DNA from: Eledone cirrhosa
Taxonomy: Eukaryota
Direction of reading: 5' to 3'
Length of the DNA stretch: 64,000 bases
Assembly: GCA_964016885.1 (NCBI GenBank)
Contig: OZ024744.1
Location: forward strand, 4,774,001-4,838,000
The notes beneath the pieces are model-generated. The model had not been told where the DNA came from. It made no database searches and worked only from the letters and a program-made list of their open reading frames with translations. Shown here one piece after another: positions 11,126 through 23,800 of the stretch. Within the stretch, counting starts at the first letter, position 1; the number at the start of each line of letters is the position of its first letter. The position numbers and the translations under genes are program-made.

Positions 11126-14100
11126 GTTGGTAGCAGAGGTCTATCCTGGTAGACAGTGGTGTTGGTAGCAGAGGTCTATCTTGGTAGACAGTAGTGTTGG
11201 TAGCAGAGGTCTATCTTGGTAGACAGTGGTGTTGGTAGCTGAGGTCTAACTTGGTAGACAGTGGTGTTGGTAGCAGAGGTCTATCTTAGTAGACAGTGGT
11301 GTTGGTAGCAGAGGTCTACCTTGGTAGACAGTGGTGTCGGTAGCAGAGCTCTATCCTGGTAGACAGTGGTGTTGGTAGCAGAAGTCTATCTTGGTAGACA
11401 GTGAGGTTGGTAGCAGAGGTCTATGTTGGTAGACAGTGGTGTCGGTAGCAGAGCTCTATCTTGGTAGACAGTGGTGTTGGTAGCAGAAGTCTATCTTGGT
11501 AGACAGTGAGGTTGGGAGCAGAGGTCTATGTTGGTAGACAGTGGTGTTGGTAGCAGAGGTCTATCTTGGTAGACAGTGGTGTTGGTAGGAGAGGTTTATC
11601 TTGGTAGACAGTGGTGTTGGTAGCAGAGGTCTATGTTGGTAGACAGTGGTGTTGGTAGCAGAGGTATATCTTGGTAGGCAGTGGTGTTGGTAGCAGAGCT
11701 CTATCTTGGTAGACAGTGGTGTTGGTAGCAGAGGTCTATCTTGGTAGACAGTGGTGTTGGTAGCAGAGGTCTATGTTAGTAGAAAGTGAGGTTGGTAGCA
11801 GAGGTCTATCTTGGTAGACAGTGAGGGTGGTAGCAGAGGTCTATCTTGGTAAACAGAGGTGTTGGTAGCAGAGGTCTATCTTGGTAGACAGTGAGGTTGG
11901 TATCAGAGGTCTATCTTGGTAGACAGTGAGGTTGGTAGCAGAGGTCTATGTTGGTAGACAGTGGTGTTGGTAGCATAGGTCTATCTTGGTAGACAGTGGT
12001 GTTGGTAGCAGAGGTCTATGTTGGTAGACAGTGGTGTTGGTAGTAGAGGTCTATCTTGGTAGACAGTGGTGTTGGTAGCAGATGTCTATCTTGGTAGACA
12101 GTGGTGTTGGTAGCAGAGGTCTATCTTGGTAGACAGTGGTGTTGGTAGCAAATATCTATCTTGGTAGACAGTGGTGTTGGTAGCAGAGGTCTATGTTGGT
12201 AGACAGTGGTGTTGGTAGCAGAGGTCTATCTTGGTAGACAGTGGTGTTGGTAGCAGAGGTCTATCTTGGTAGACAGTGGTGTTGGTAGCAGAGGTCTATC
12301 TTGGTAGACAGTGGTGTTGGTAGCAGAGGTCTATCTTGGTAGACAGTGGTGTTGGTAGCAGAGGTCTATGTTGGTAGACAGTGAGGTTGGTAGCAGAGGT
12401 CTATGTTGGTAGACAGTGGTGTTGGTAGCAGAGGTCTATCTTGGTAGACAGTGGTGTTGGCAGAAGAGGTCTATGTTGGTAGACAGTGAGGTTGGTAGCA
12501 GAGGTCTATCTTGGTAGACAGTGAAGTTGGTAGCAGAGGTCTATCTTGGTAGACAGTGAGGGTGGTAGCAGAGGTCTATCTTGGTAGACAGTGGTGTTCG
12601 TAGCAGAGGTCTATCTTGGTAGACAGTGGTGTTGGTAGCAGAGGTCTAACTTGGTAGACAGTGAGGTTGGTAGCAGAGGTCTATCTTGGTAGACAGTGGT
12701 GTTGGTAGCAGAGGTCTATCTTGGTAGACAGTGGGGTGGGTAGCAGAGGTCTATGTTGGTAGACAGTGGTGTTGGTAGCAGAGGTCTATGTTGGTAGACA
12801 GTGGTGTTGGTAGCAGAGGTCTATGTTGGTAGACAGTGGTGTTGGTAGCAGAGGTTAATCTTGGTAGACAGTGGTGTTGGTAGCAGAGATCTATCTTGGT
12901 AGACAGTAGTGTTGGTAGCAGAGGTCTATGTTGGTAGACAGTGGTGTTTGTAGCAGAGGTCTATGTTGGTAGACAGTGGTGTTGGAAGCAGAGGTCTATC
13001 TTAGTAGACAGTGGTGTTGGTACTGAGGTCTATGTTGGTAGACAGTGAGGTTGGTAGCAGAGGTCTATATTGGTAGACAGTGAGGTTGGTAGCAGAGGTA
13101 TATCTTGGTAGACAGTGAGGTTGGTAGCAGAGGTCTATCTTGGTAGACAGTGGTGTTGGCAGCAGAGGTCTATCTTGGTAGACAGTGGTGTTGGTAGCAG
13201 AGGTCTATGTTGGTAGACAGTGGTGTTGGTAGCAGAGGTATATCTTGGTAGGCAGTGGTGTTGGTAGCAGAGCTCTATCTTGGTAGACAGTGGTGTTGGT
13301 AGCAGAGGTCTTTCTTGGTAGACAGTGGTGTTGCTAGCAGAGGTCTATGTTGGTAGAAAGTGAGGTTGGTAGCTGAGATCTATGTTGGTAGACAGTGGTT
13401 TTGGTAGCAGAAGTCTATCTTGGTAGACAGTGAGGTTGGTAGCAGAGGTCTATCTTGGTAGACAGTGGTGTTGGTAGCAGAGGTCTATCTTGGTAGACAG
13501 TGGTGTTGGTAGCAGAGGTCTATCTTGGTAGACAGTGGTGTTGGTAGCAGAAGTCTATCTTGGTAGACAGTGGTGTTGGTAGCAGAGGTCTATCTTGGTA
13601 GACAGTGGTGTTGCTAGCAGAGGTCTATCTTGGTAACAGTGGTGTTGCTAGCAAAGGTCTATGTTGGTAGACAGTGAGGTTGGTAGCAGAGGTCTATCTT
13701 GGTAGACAGTGAGGGTGGTTGCAGAGGTCTATCTTGGTAGACAGTGGTGTTGGTAGCAGAGGTCTAGCTTGGTAGACAGTGAGGTTGGTATCAGAGGTCT
13801 ATCTTGGTAGACAGTGAGGTTGGTAGCAGAGGTCTATGTTGGTAGACAGTGGTGTTGGTAGCATAGGTCTATCTTGGTAGACAGTGGTGTTGGTAGCAGA
13901 GGTCTATGTTGGTAGACAGTGGTGTTGGTAGTAGAGGTCTATCTTGGTAGACAGTGGTGTTGGTAGCAGATGTCTATCTTGGTAGACAGTGGTGTTGGTA
14001 GCAGAGGTCTATCTTGGTAGACAGTGGTGTTGGTAGCAGATATCTATCTTGGTAGACAGTGGTGTTGGTAGCAGAGGTCTATGTTGGTAGACAGTGGTGT

Positions 14101-17100
14101 TGGTAGCAGAGGTCTATCTTGGTAGTCAGTGGTGTTGGTAGCAGAGGTCTATCTTGGTAGACAGTGGTGTTGGTAGCAGAGGTCTATGTTGGTAGACAGT
14201 GAGGTTGGTAGCAGAGGTCTATCTTGGTAGACAGTGGTGTTGGTAGCAGAGGTCTATGTTGGTAGACAGTGGTGTTGGTAGCAGAGGTCTATCTTGGTAG
14301 ATAGTGAGGTTGGTAGTAGAGGTCTATGTTGGTAGACATTGGTGTTGGTAGCAGAGTTCTATCTTGGTAGACAGTGGTGTTGGTAGCAGAGGTCTATGTT
14401 GGTAGACAGTGGTGTTGGTAATAGAGGTCTATCTTGGTAGACAGTGGTGTTGGTAGCAGATGTCTATCTTGGTAGACAGTGGTGTTGGTACCAGAGGTCT
14501 ATCTTGGTAGACAGTGGTGTTGGTAGGAGAGGTCTATCTTGGTAGACAGTGGTGTTGGTAGCAGAGGTCTATCTTGGTAGAAAGTGGTGTTGGTAGGAGA
14601 GGTCTATCTTGGTAGACAGTGGTGTTGGTAGCAGAGGTCTATCTTGGTAGACAGTGGTGTTGGTAGCAGAGGTCTATATTGGTAGACAGTGGTGTTGGTA
14701 GCAGATGTCTATCTTGGTAGACAGTGGTGTTGGTAGCAGAGGTCTATCTTGGTAGACAGTGGTGGTGGTAGCAGAGGTCTATCTTGTTAGACAGTGTTGT
14801 TGGTAGCAGAGGTCTATCTTAGTAGACAGTGGTGTTGGTAGCAGAGGTCTATCCTGGTAGACAGTGGTGTTGGTAGCAGAGGTCTATCTTGGTAGACAGT
14901 AGTGTTGGTAGCAGAGGTCTATCTTGGTAGACAGTGGTGTTGGTAGCTGAGGTCTAACTTGGTAGACAGTGGTGTTGGTAGCAGAGGTCTATCTTAGTAG
15001 ACAGTGGTTTGGTAGCAGAGGTCTACCTTGGTAGACAGTGGTGTCGGTAGCAGAGCTCTATCCTGGTAGACAGTGGTGTTGGTAGCAGAGGTCTATCTTG
15101 GTAGACAGTGAGGTTGGTAGCAGAGGTCTATGTTGGTAGACAGTGGTGTCGGTAGCAGAGCTCTATCTTGGTAGACAGTGGTGTTGGTAGCAGAAGTCTA
15201 TCATGGTAGACAGTGAGGTTGGGAGCAGAGGTCTATGTTGGTAGACAGTGGTGTTGGTAGCAGAGGTCTATCTTGGTAGACAGTGGTGTTGGTAGCAGAG
15301 GTTTATCTTGGTAGACAGTGGTGTTGGTAGCAGAGGTCTATGTTGGTAGACAGTGGTGTTGGTAGCAGAGGTATATCTTGGTAGGCAGTGGTGTTGGTAG
15401 CAGAGCTCTATCTTGGTAGACAGTGGTGTTGGTAGCAGAGGTCTTTCTTGGTAGACAGTGGTGTTGGTAGCAGAGGTCTATGTTGGTAGAAAGTGAGGTT
15501 GGTAGCATAGGTCTATCTTGGTAGACAATGAGGTTGGTAGCAGAGGTCTATGTTGGTAGACAGTGGTGTTGGTAGCATAGGTCTATCTTGGTAGACAGTG
15601 GTGTTGGTAGCAGAGGTCTATGTTGGTAGACAGTGGTGTTGGTAGTAGAGGTCTATCTTGGTAGACAGTGGTGTTGGTAGCAGATGTCTATCTTGGTAGA
15701 CAGTGGTGTTGGTAGCAGAGGTCTATCTTGGTAGACAGTGGTGTTGGTAGCAAATATCTATCTTGGTAGACAGTGTTGTTGGTAGCAGAGTTCTATGTTG
15801 GTAGACAGTGGTGTTGGTAGCAGAGGTCTATCTTGGTAGACAGTGAGGGTGGTTGCAGAGGTCTATCTTGGTAGACAGTGGTGTTGGTAGCAGAGGTCTA
15901 TCTTGGTAGACAGTGAGGTTGGTATCAGAGGTCTATCTTGGTAGACAGTGAGGTTGGTAGCAGAGGTCTATGTTGGTAGACAGTGGTGTTGGTAGCATAG
16001 GTCTATCTTGGTAGACAGTGGTGTTGGTAGCAGAGGTCTATGTTGGTAGACAGTGGTGTTGGTAGTAGAGGTCTATCTTGGTAGACAGTGGTGTTGGTAG
16101 CAGATGTCTATCTTGGTAGACAGTGGTGTTGGTAGCAGAGGTTAATCTTGGTAGACAGTGGTGTTGGTAGCAGAGGTCTATGTTGGTAGACAGTGGTGTT
16201 GATAGCAGAGGTTAATCTTGGTAGACAGTGGTGTTGGTAGCAGAGGTCTATCTTGGTAGACAGTGGTGTTGGTAGAAGAGGTCTATCTTGGTAGACAGTG
16301 GTGTTGGTAGCAGAGATCTATGTTGGTAGACAGTGGTGTTGGTAGCAGAGGTCTATCTTAGTAGACAGTGGTGTTGGTAGCAGAGGTCTATCTTGGTAGA
16401 CAGTGAAGTTGGTAGCAGAGGTCTATCTTGGTAGACAGTGAGGTTGGTAGCAGAGGTCTATCTTGGTAGACAGTGGTGTTGGTAGCAGAGGTCTATCTTG
16501 GTAGACAGTGAGGTTGGTAACAGAGGTCTATCTTGGTAGACAGTGGTGTTGTAGCAGAGGTCTATCTCGGTAGACAGTGAAGTTGGTAGCAGAGGTCTAT
16601 GCTGGTAGACAGTGGTGTTGGTAGCAGAGGTCTATCTTGGTAGACAGTGGTGTTGGTAGCAGAGGTCTATCTTGGTAGACAGTGCTGTTGGTAGCAGAGG
16701 TCTATGTTGGTAGACAGTGAGGTTGGTAGCAGAGGTCTATCTTGGTAGATAGTGATGTTGGTAGCAGAGGTCTATCTTGGTAGACAGTGAGGTTGGTATG
16801 AGAGGTCTATCTTGGTAGACAGTGGTGTTGGTAGCAGAGGTCTATGTTGGTAGACAGTGGTGTTGGTAGCAGAGGTCTATCTTGGTAGATAGTGAGGTTG
16901 GTAGTAGAGGTCTATGTTGGTAGACATTGGTGTTGGTAGCAGAGTTCTATCTTGGTAGACAGTGGTGTTGGTAATAGAGGTCTATCTTGGTAGACAGTGG
17001 TGTTGGTAGCAGATGTCTATCTTGGTAGACAGTGGTGTTGGTAGCAGAGGTCTATCTTGGTAGACAGTGGTGTTGGTAGCAGAGGTTTATCTTGGTAGAC

Positions 17101-20100
17101 AGTGGTGTTGGTAGCATATGTCTATCTTGGTAGACAGTGGTGTTGGTAGCAGAGGTCTTTCTTGGTAGACAGTGGTGTTGGTAGCAGAGGTCTATGTTGG
17201 TAGAAAGTGAGGTTGGTAGCAGAGGTCTATCTTGGTAGACAGTGGTGTTGGTAGCAGAGGTCTATCTTGGTAGACAGTGATGTTGGTAGAAGAGGTCTAT
17301 GTTGGTAGAAAGTGAGGTTGGTAGCAGAGGTCTATCTTGGTAGACAGTGGTGTTGGTAGCAGAGGTTTATATTGGTAGACAGTGGTGTTGGTAGCAGAGG
17401 TTTATCTTGGTAGACATTGAGGTTGGTAGCAGAGGTCTATCTTGGTAGACAGTGGTGTTGGTAGCAGAGGTCTATGTTGGTAGACAGTGGAGTTGGTAGC
17501 AGAGGTCTATCTTGGTAGACAGTGGTGTTGGTAGCAGATGTCTATATTGGTAGACAGTGGTGTTGGTAGCAGAGGTCTATCTTGGTAGACAGTGAGGTTG
17601 GTAGCAGAGGTCTATCTTCGTAGACAGTGAGGTTGGTAGCAGAGGTCTATCTTGGTAGACAGTGGTGTTGGTAGCAGAGGTCTATGTTGGTAGACAGTGA
17701 GGTTGGTAGCAGAGGTCTATCTTGGTAGACAGTGAAGTTGGTAGCAGAGGTCTATCTTGGTAGACAGTGAGGGTGGTAGCAGAGGTCTATCTTGGTAGAC
17801 AGTGGTGTTCGTAGCAGAGGTCTATCTTGGTAGACAGTGGTGTTGGTAGCAGAGGTCTATCTTGGTAGACAGTGGGGTGGGTAGCAGAGGTCTATCTTGG
17901 TAGACAGTGGTGTTGGTAGCAGAGGTCTATCTTGGTAGACAGTGGTGTTGGTAGCAGAGGTCTATGTTGGTAGACAGTGGTGTTGGTAGCAGAGGTTAAT
18001 CTTGGTAGACAGTGGTGTTGGTAGCAGAGGTCTATCTTGGTAGACAGTGGTGTTGGTAGCAGAGATCTATCTTGGTAGACAGTAGTGTTGGTAGCAGCGG
18101 TCTATGTTGGTAGACAGTGGTGTTTGTAGCAGAGGTCTATGTTGGTAGACAGTGGTGTTGGAAGCAGAGGTCTATCTTAGTAGACAGTGGTGTTGGTACA
18201 TAGGTCTATGTTGGTAGACAGTGAGGTTGGTAGCAGAGGTCTATATTGGTAGACAGTGAGGTTGGTAGCAGAGGTCTATCTTGGTAGACAGTGAGGTTGG
18301 TAGCAGAGCTCTATCTTGGTAGAAAGTGGTGTTGGTAGCAGAGGTCTATGTTGGTAGACAGTAGTGTTGGTAGCAGAGGTTTATCTTGGTAGACAGTGGT
18401 GTTGGTAGCAGAGGTCTATGTTGGTAGACAGTGGTGTTGGTAGCAGAGGTATATCTTGGTAGGCAGTGGTGTTGGTAGCAGAGCTCTATCTTGGTAGACA
18501 GTGGTGTTGGTAGCAGAGGTCTTTCTTGGTAGACAGTGGTGTTGCTAGCAGAGGTCTATGTTGGTAGAAAGTGAGGTTGGTAGCTGAGGTCTATGTTGGT
18601 AGACAGTGGTGTTGGTAGCAGAAGTCTATCTTGGTAGACAGTGAGGTTGGTAGCAGAGGTCTATGTTGGTAGACATTGGTGTTGGTAGCAGAGTTCTATC
18701 TTGGTAGACAGTGGTGTTGGTAGCAGAGGTCTATGTTGGTAGACAGTGGTGTTGGTAATAGAGGTCTATCTTGGTAGACAGTGGTGTTGGTAGCAGATGT
18801 CTATCTTGGTAGACAGTGGTGTTGGTAGCAGAGGTCTATCTTGGTAGACAGTGGTGTTGGTAGCAGAGGTCGATCTTGGTAGACAGTGGTGTTGGTAGCA
18901 GAGGTCTATCTTGGTAGACAGTGGTGTTGGTAGCAGATGTCTATCTTGGTAGACAGTGGTGTTGGTAGCAGAGATCTATCTTGGTAGACAGTGGTGTTGG
19001 TAGCAGAGGTCGATCTTGGTAGACAGTGGTGTTGGTAGCAGAGGTCGATCTTGGTAGACAGTGGTGTTGGTAGCAGAGGTCTATCTTGGTAGACAGTGGT
19101 GTTGGTAGCAGAGGTCTATGTTGGTAGACAGTGGTGTTGGTAGCAGAGGTATATCTTGGTAGGCAGTGGTGTTGGTAGCAGAGCTCTATCTTGGTAGACA
19201 GTGGTGTTGGTAGCAGAGGTCTATCTTGGTAGACAGTGGTGTTGGTAGCAGAGGTCTTTCTTGGTAGACAGTGGTGTTGGTAGCAGAGGTCTATGTTGGT
19301 AGAAAGTGAGGTTGGTAGCAGAGGTCTATCTTGGTAGAAAGTGGTGTTGGTAGGAGAGGTCTATCTTGGTAGACAGTGGTGTTGGTAGCAGAGGTCTATC
19401 TTGGTAGACAGTGGTGTTGGTAGCAGAGGTCTATATTGGTAGACAGTGGTGTTGGTAGCAGATGTCTATCTTGGTAGACAGTGGTGTTGGTAGCAGAGGT
19501 CTATCTTGGTAGACAGTGGTGGTGGTAGCAGAGGTCTATCTTGTTAGACAGTGTTGTTGGTAGCAGAGGTCTATCTTAGTAGACAGTGGTGTTGGTAGCA
19601 GAGGTCTATCCTGGTAGACAGTAGTGTTGGTAGCAGAGGTCTATCTTGGTAGACAGTAGTGTTGGTAGCAGAGGTCTATCTTGGTAGACAGTGGTGTTGG
19701 TAGCTGAGGTCTAACTTGGTAGACAGTGGTGTTGGTAGCAGAGGTCTATCTTAGTAGACAGTGGTGTTGGTAGCAGAGGTCTACCTTGGTAGACAGTGGT
19801 GTCGGTAGCAGAGCTCTATCCTGGTAGACAGTGGTGTTGGTAGCAGAGGTCTATCTTGGTAGACAGTGAGGTTGGTAGCAGAGGTCTATGTTGGTAGACA
19901 GTGGTGTTGGTAGCAGAGGTCTATGTTGGTAGACAGTGGTGTTGGTAGCAGAGGTCTATCTTGGTAGATAGTGAGGTTGGTAGTAGAGGTCTATGTTGGT
20001 AGACATTGGTGTTGGTAGCAGAGTTCTATCTTGGTAGACAGTGGTGTTGGTAGCAGAGGTCTATGTTGGTAGACAGTGGTGTTGGTAATAGAGGTCTATC

Positions 20101-20850
20101 TTGGTAGACAGTGGTGTTGGTAGCAGATGTCTATCTTGGTAGACAGTGGTGTTGGTAGCAGAGGTCTATCTTGGTAGACAGTGGTGTTGGTAGCAGATGT
20201 CTATCTTGGTAGACAGTGGTGTTGGTAGCAGAGATCTATCTTGGTAGACAGTGGTGTTGGTAGCAGAGGTCGATCTTGGTAGACAGTGGTGTTGGTAGCA
20301 GAGGTCGATCTTGGTAGACAGTGGTGTTGGTAGCAGAGGTCTATCTTGGTAGACAGTGGTGTTGGTAGCAGAGGTCTATGTTGGTAGACAGTGGTGTTGG
20401 TAGCAGAGGTATATCTTGGTAGGCAGTGGTGTTGGTAGCAGAGCTCTATCTTGGTAGACAGTGGTGTTGGTAGCAGAGGTCTACCTTGGTAGACAGTGGT
20501 GTTGGTAGCAGAGGTCTTTCTTGGTAGACAGTGGTGTTGGTAGCAGAGGTCTATGTTGGTAGAAAGTGAGGTTGGTAGCAGAGGTCTATCTTGGTAGAAA
20601 GTGGTGTTGGTAGGAGAGGTCTATCTTGGTAGACAGTGGTGTTGGTAGCAGAGGTCTATCTTGGTAGACAGTGGTGTTGGTAGCAGAGGTCTATATTGGT
20701 AGACAGTGGTGTTGGTAGCAGATGTCTATCTTGGTAGACAGTGGTGTTGGTAGCAGAGGTCTATCTTGGTAGACAGTGGTGGTGGTAGCAGAGGTCTATC
20801 TTGTTAGACAGTGTTGTTGGTAGCAGAGGTCTATCTTAGTAGACAGTGGT
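11126..20850 (+). repeat. ~10-kb irregular higher-order repeat, copy 1 (9,725 bp, 278 monomers)
   Basis: Carries a diagnostic marker series seen once per unit: CTAGCTT 13764, GGTACCAGA ~14487, GTGGTTTGG deletion ~15008, TCATGG 15201, GACAATGA ~15524. Confidence 0.8.
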
Positions 20851-23800
20851 GTTGGTAGCAGAGGTCTATCCTGGTAGACAGTGGTGTTGGTAGCAGAGGT
20901 CTATCTTGGTAGACAGTAGTGTTGGTAGCAGAGGTCTATCTTGGTAGACAGTGGTGTTGGTAGCTGAGGTCTAACTTGGTAGACAGTGGTGTTGGTAGCA
21001 GAGGTCTATCTTAGTAGACAGTGGTGTTGGTAGCAGAGGTCTACCTTGGTAGACAGTGGTGTCGGTAGCAGAGCTCTATCCTGGTAGACAGTGGTGTTGG
21101 TAGCAGAGGTCTATCTTGGTAGACAGTGAGGTTGGTAGCAGAGGTCTATGTTGGTAGACAGTGGTGTCGGTAGCAGAGCTCTATCTTGGTAGACAGTGGT
21201 GTTGGTAGCAGAAGTCTATCTTGGTAGACAGTGAGGTTGGGAGCAGAGGTCTATGTTGGTAGACAGTGGTGTTGGTAGCAGAGGTCTATCTTGGTAGACA
21301 GAGGTGTTGGTAGGAGAGGTTTATCTTGGTAGACAGTGGTGTTGGTAGCAGAGGTCTATGTTGGTAGACAGTGGTGTTGGTAGCAGAGGTATATCTTGGT
21401 AGGCAGTGGTGTTGGTAGCAGAGCTCTATCTTGGTAGACAGTGGTGTTGGTAGCAGAGGTCTATCTTGGTAGACAGTGGTGTTGGTAGCAGAGGTCTATG
21501 TTAGTAGAAAGTGAGGTTGGTAGCAGAGGTCTATCTTGGTAGACAGTGAGGGTGGTAGCAGAGGTCTATCTTGGTAAACAGAGGTGTTGGTAGCAGAGGT
21601 CTATCTTGGTAGACAGTGAGGTTGGTATCAGAGGTCTATCTTGGTAGACAGTGAGGTTGGTAGCAGAGGTCTATGTTGGTAGACAGTGGTGTTGGTAGCA
21701 TAGGTCTATCTTGGTAGACAGTGGTGTTGGTAGCAGAGGTCTATGTTGGTAGACAGTGGTGTTGGTAGTAGAGGTCTATCTTGGTAGACAGTGGTGTTGG
21801 TAGCAGATGTCTATCTTGGTAGACAGTGGTGTTGGTAGCAGAGGTCTATCTTGGTAGACAGTGGTGTTGGTAGCAAATATCTATCTTGGTAGACAGTGGT
21901 GTTGGTAGCAGAGGTCTATGTTGGTAGACAGTGGTGTTGGTAGCAGAGGTCTATCTTGGTAGACAGTGGTGTTGGTAGCAGAGGTCTATCTTGGTAGACA
22001 GTGGTGTTGGTAGCAGAGGTCTATCTTGGTAGACAGTGGTGTTGGTAGCAGAGGTCTATCTTGGTAGACAGTGGTGTTGGTAGCAGAGGTCTATGTTGGT
22101 AGACAGTGAGGTTGGTAGCAGAGGTCTATGTTGGTAGACAGTGGTGTTGGTAGCAGAGGTCTATCTTGGTAGACAGTGGTGTTGGTAGAAGAGGTCTATG
22201 TTGGTAGACAGTGAGGTTGGTAGCAGAGGTCTATCTTGGTAGACAGTGAAGTTGGTAGCAGAGGTCTATCTTGGTAGACAGTGAGGGTGGTAGCAGAGGT
22301 CTATCTTGGTAGACAGTGGTGTTCGTAGCAGAGGTCTATCTTGGTAGACAGTGGTGTTGGTAGCAGAGGTCTAACTTGGTAGACAGTGAGGTTGGTAGCA
22401 GAGGTCTATCTTGGTAGACAGTGGTGTTGGTAGCAGAGGTCTATCTTGGTAGACAGTGGGGTGGGTAGCAGAGGTCTATGTTGGTAGACAGTGGTGTTGG
22501 TAGCAGAGGTCTATGTTGGTAGACAGTGGTGTTGGTAGCAGAGGTCTATGTTGGTAGACAGTGGTGTTGGTAGCAGAGGTTAATCTTGGTAGACAGGGGG
22601 GGGGGGGGTGTTGGTAGCAGAGATCTATCTTGGTAGACAGTAGTGTTGGTAGCAGAGGTCTATGTTGGTAGACAGTGGTGTTTGTAGCAGAGGTCTATGT
22701 TGGTAGACAGTGGTGTTGGAAGCAGAGGTCTATCTTAGTAGACAGTGGTGTTGGTACTGAGGTCTATGTTGGTAGACAGTGAGGTTGGTAGCAGAGGTCT
22801 ATATTGGTAGACAGTGAGGTTGGTAGCAGAGGTATATCTTGGTAGACAGTGAGGTTGGTAGCAGAGCTCTATCTTGGTAGACAGTGGTGTTGGTAGCAGA
22901 GGTCTATCTTGGTAGACAGTGGTGTTGGTAGCAGAGGTCTATCTTGGTAGACAGTGGTGTTGGTAGCAGAGGTCTATGTTGGTAGACAGTGGTGTTGGTA
23001 GCAGAGGTATATCTTGGTAGGCAGTGGTGTTGGTAGCAGAGCTCTATCTTGGTAGACAGTGGTGTTGGTAGCAGAGGTCTTTCTTGGTAGACAGTGGTGT
23101 TGCTAGCAGAGGTCTATGTTGGTAGAAAGTGAGGTTGGTAGCTGAGATCTATGTTGGTAGACAGTGGTTTTGGTAGCAGAAGTCTATCTTGGTAGACAGT
23201 GAGGTTGGTAGCAGAGGTCTATCTTGGTAGACAGTGGTGTTGGTAGCAGAGGTCTATCTTGGTAGACAGTGGTGTTGGTAGCAGAGGTCTATCTTGGTAG
23301 ACAGTGGTGTTGGTAGCAGAAGTCTATCTTGGTAGACAGTGGTGTTGGTAGCAGAGGTCTATCTTGGTAGACAGTGGTGTTGCTAGCAGAGGTCTATCTT
23401 GGTAGACAGTGGTGTTGCTAGCAAAGGTCTATGTTGGTAGACAGTGAGGTTGGTAGCAGAGGTCTATCTTGGTAGACAGTGAGGGTGGTTGCAGAGGTCT
23501 ATCTTGGTAGACAGTGGTGTTGGTAGCAGAGGTCTAGCTTGGTAGACAGTGAGGTTGGTATCAGAGGTCTATCTTGGTAGACAGTGAGGTTGGTAGCAGA
23601 GGTCTATGTTGGTAGACAGTGGTGTTGGTAGCATAGGCCTATCTTGGTAGACAGTGGTGTTGGTAGCAGAGGTCTATGTTGGTAGACAGTGGTGTTGGTA
23701 GTAGAGGTCTATCTTGGTAGACAGTGGTGTTGGTAGCAGATGTCTATCTTGGTAGACAGTGGTGTTGGTAGCAGAGGTCTATCTTGGTAGACAGTGGTGT

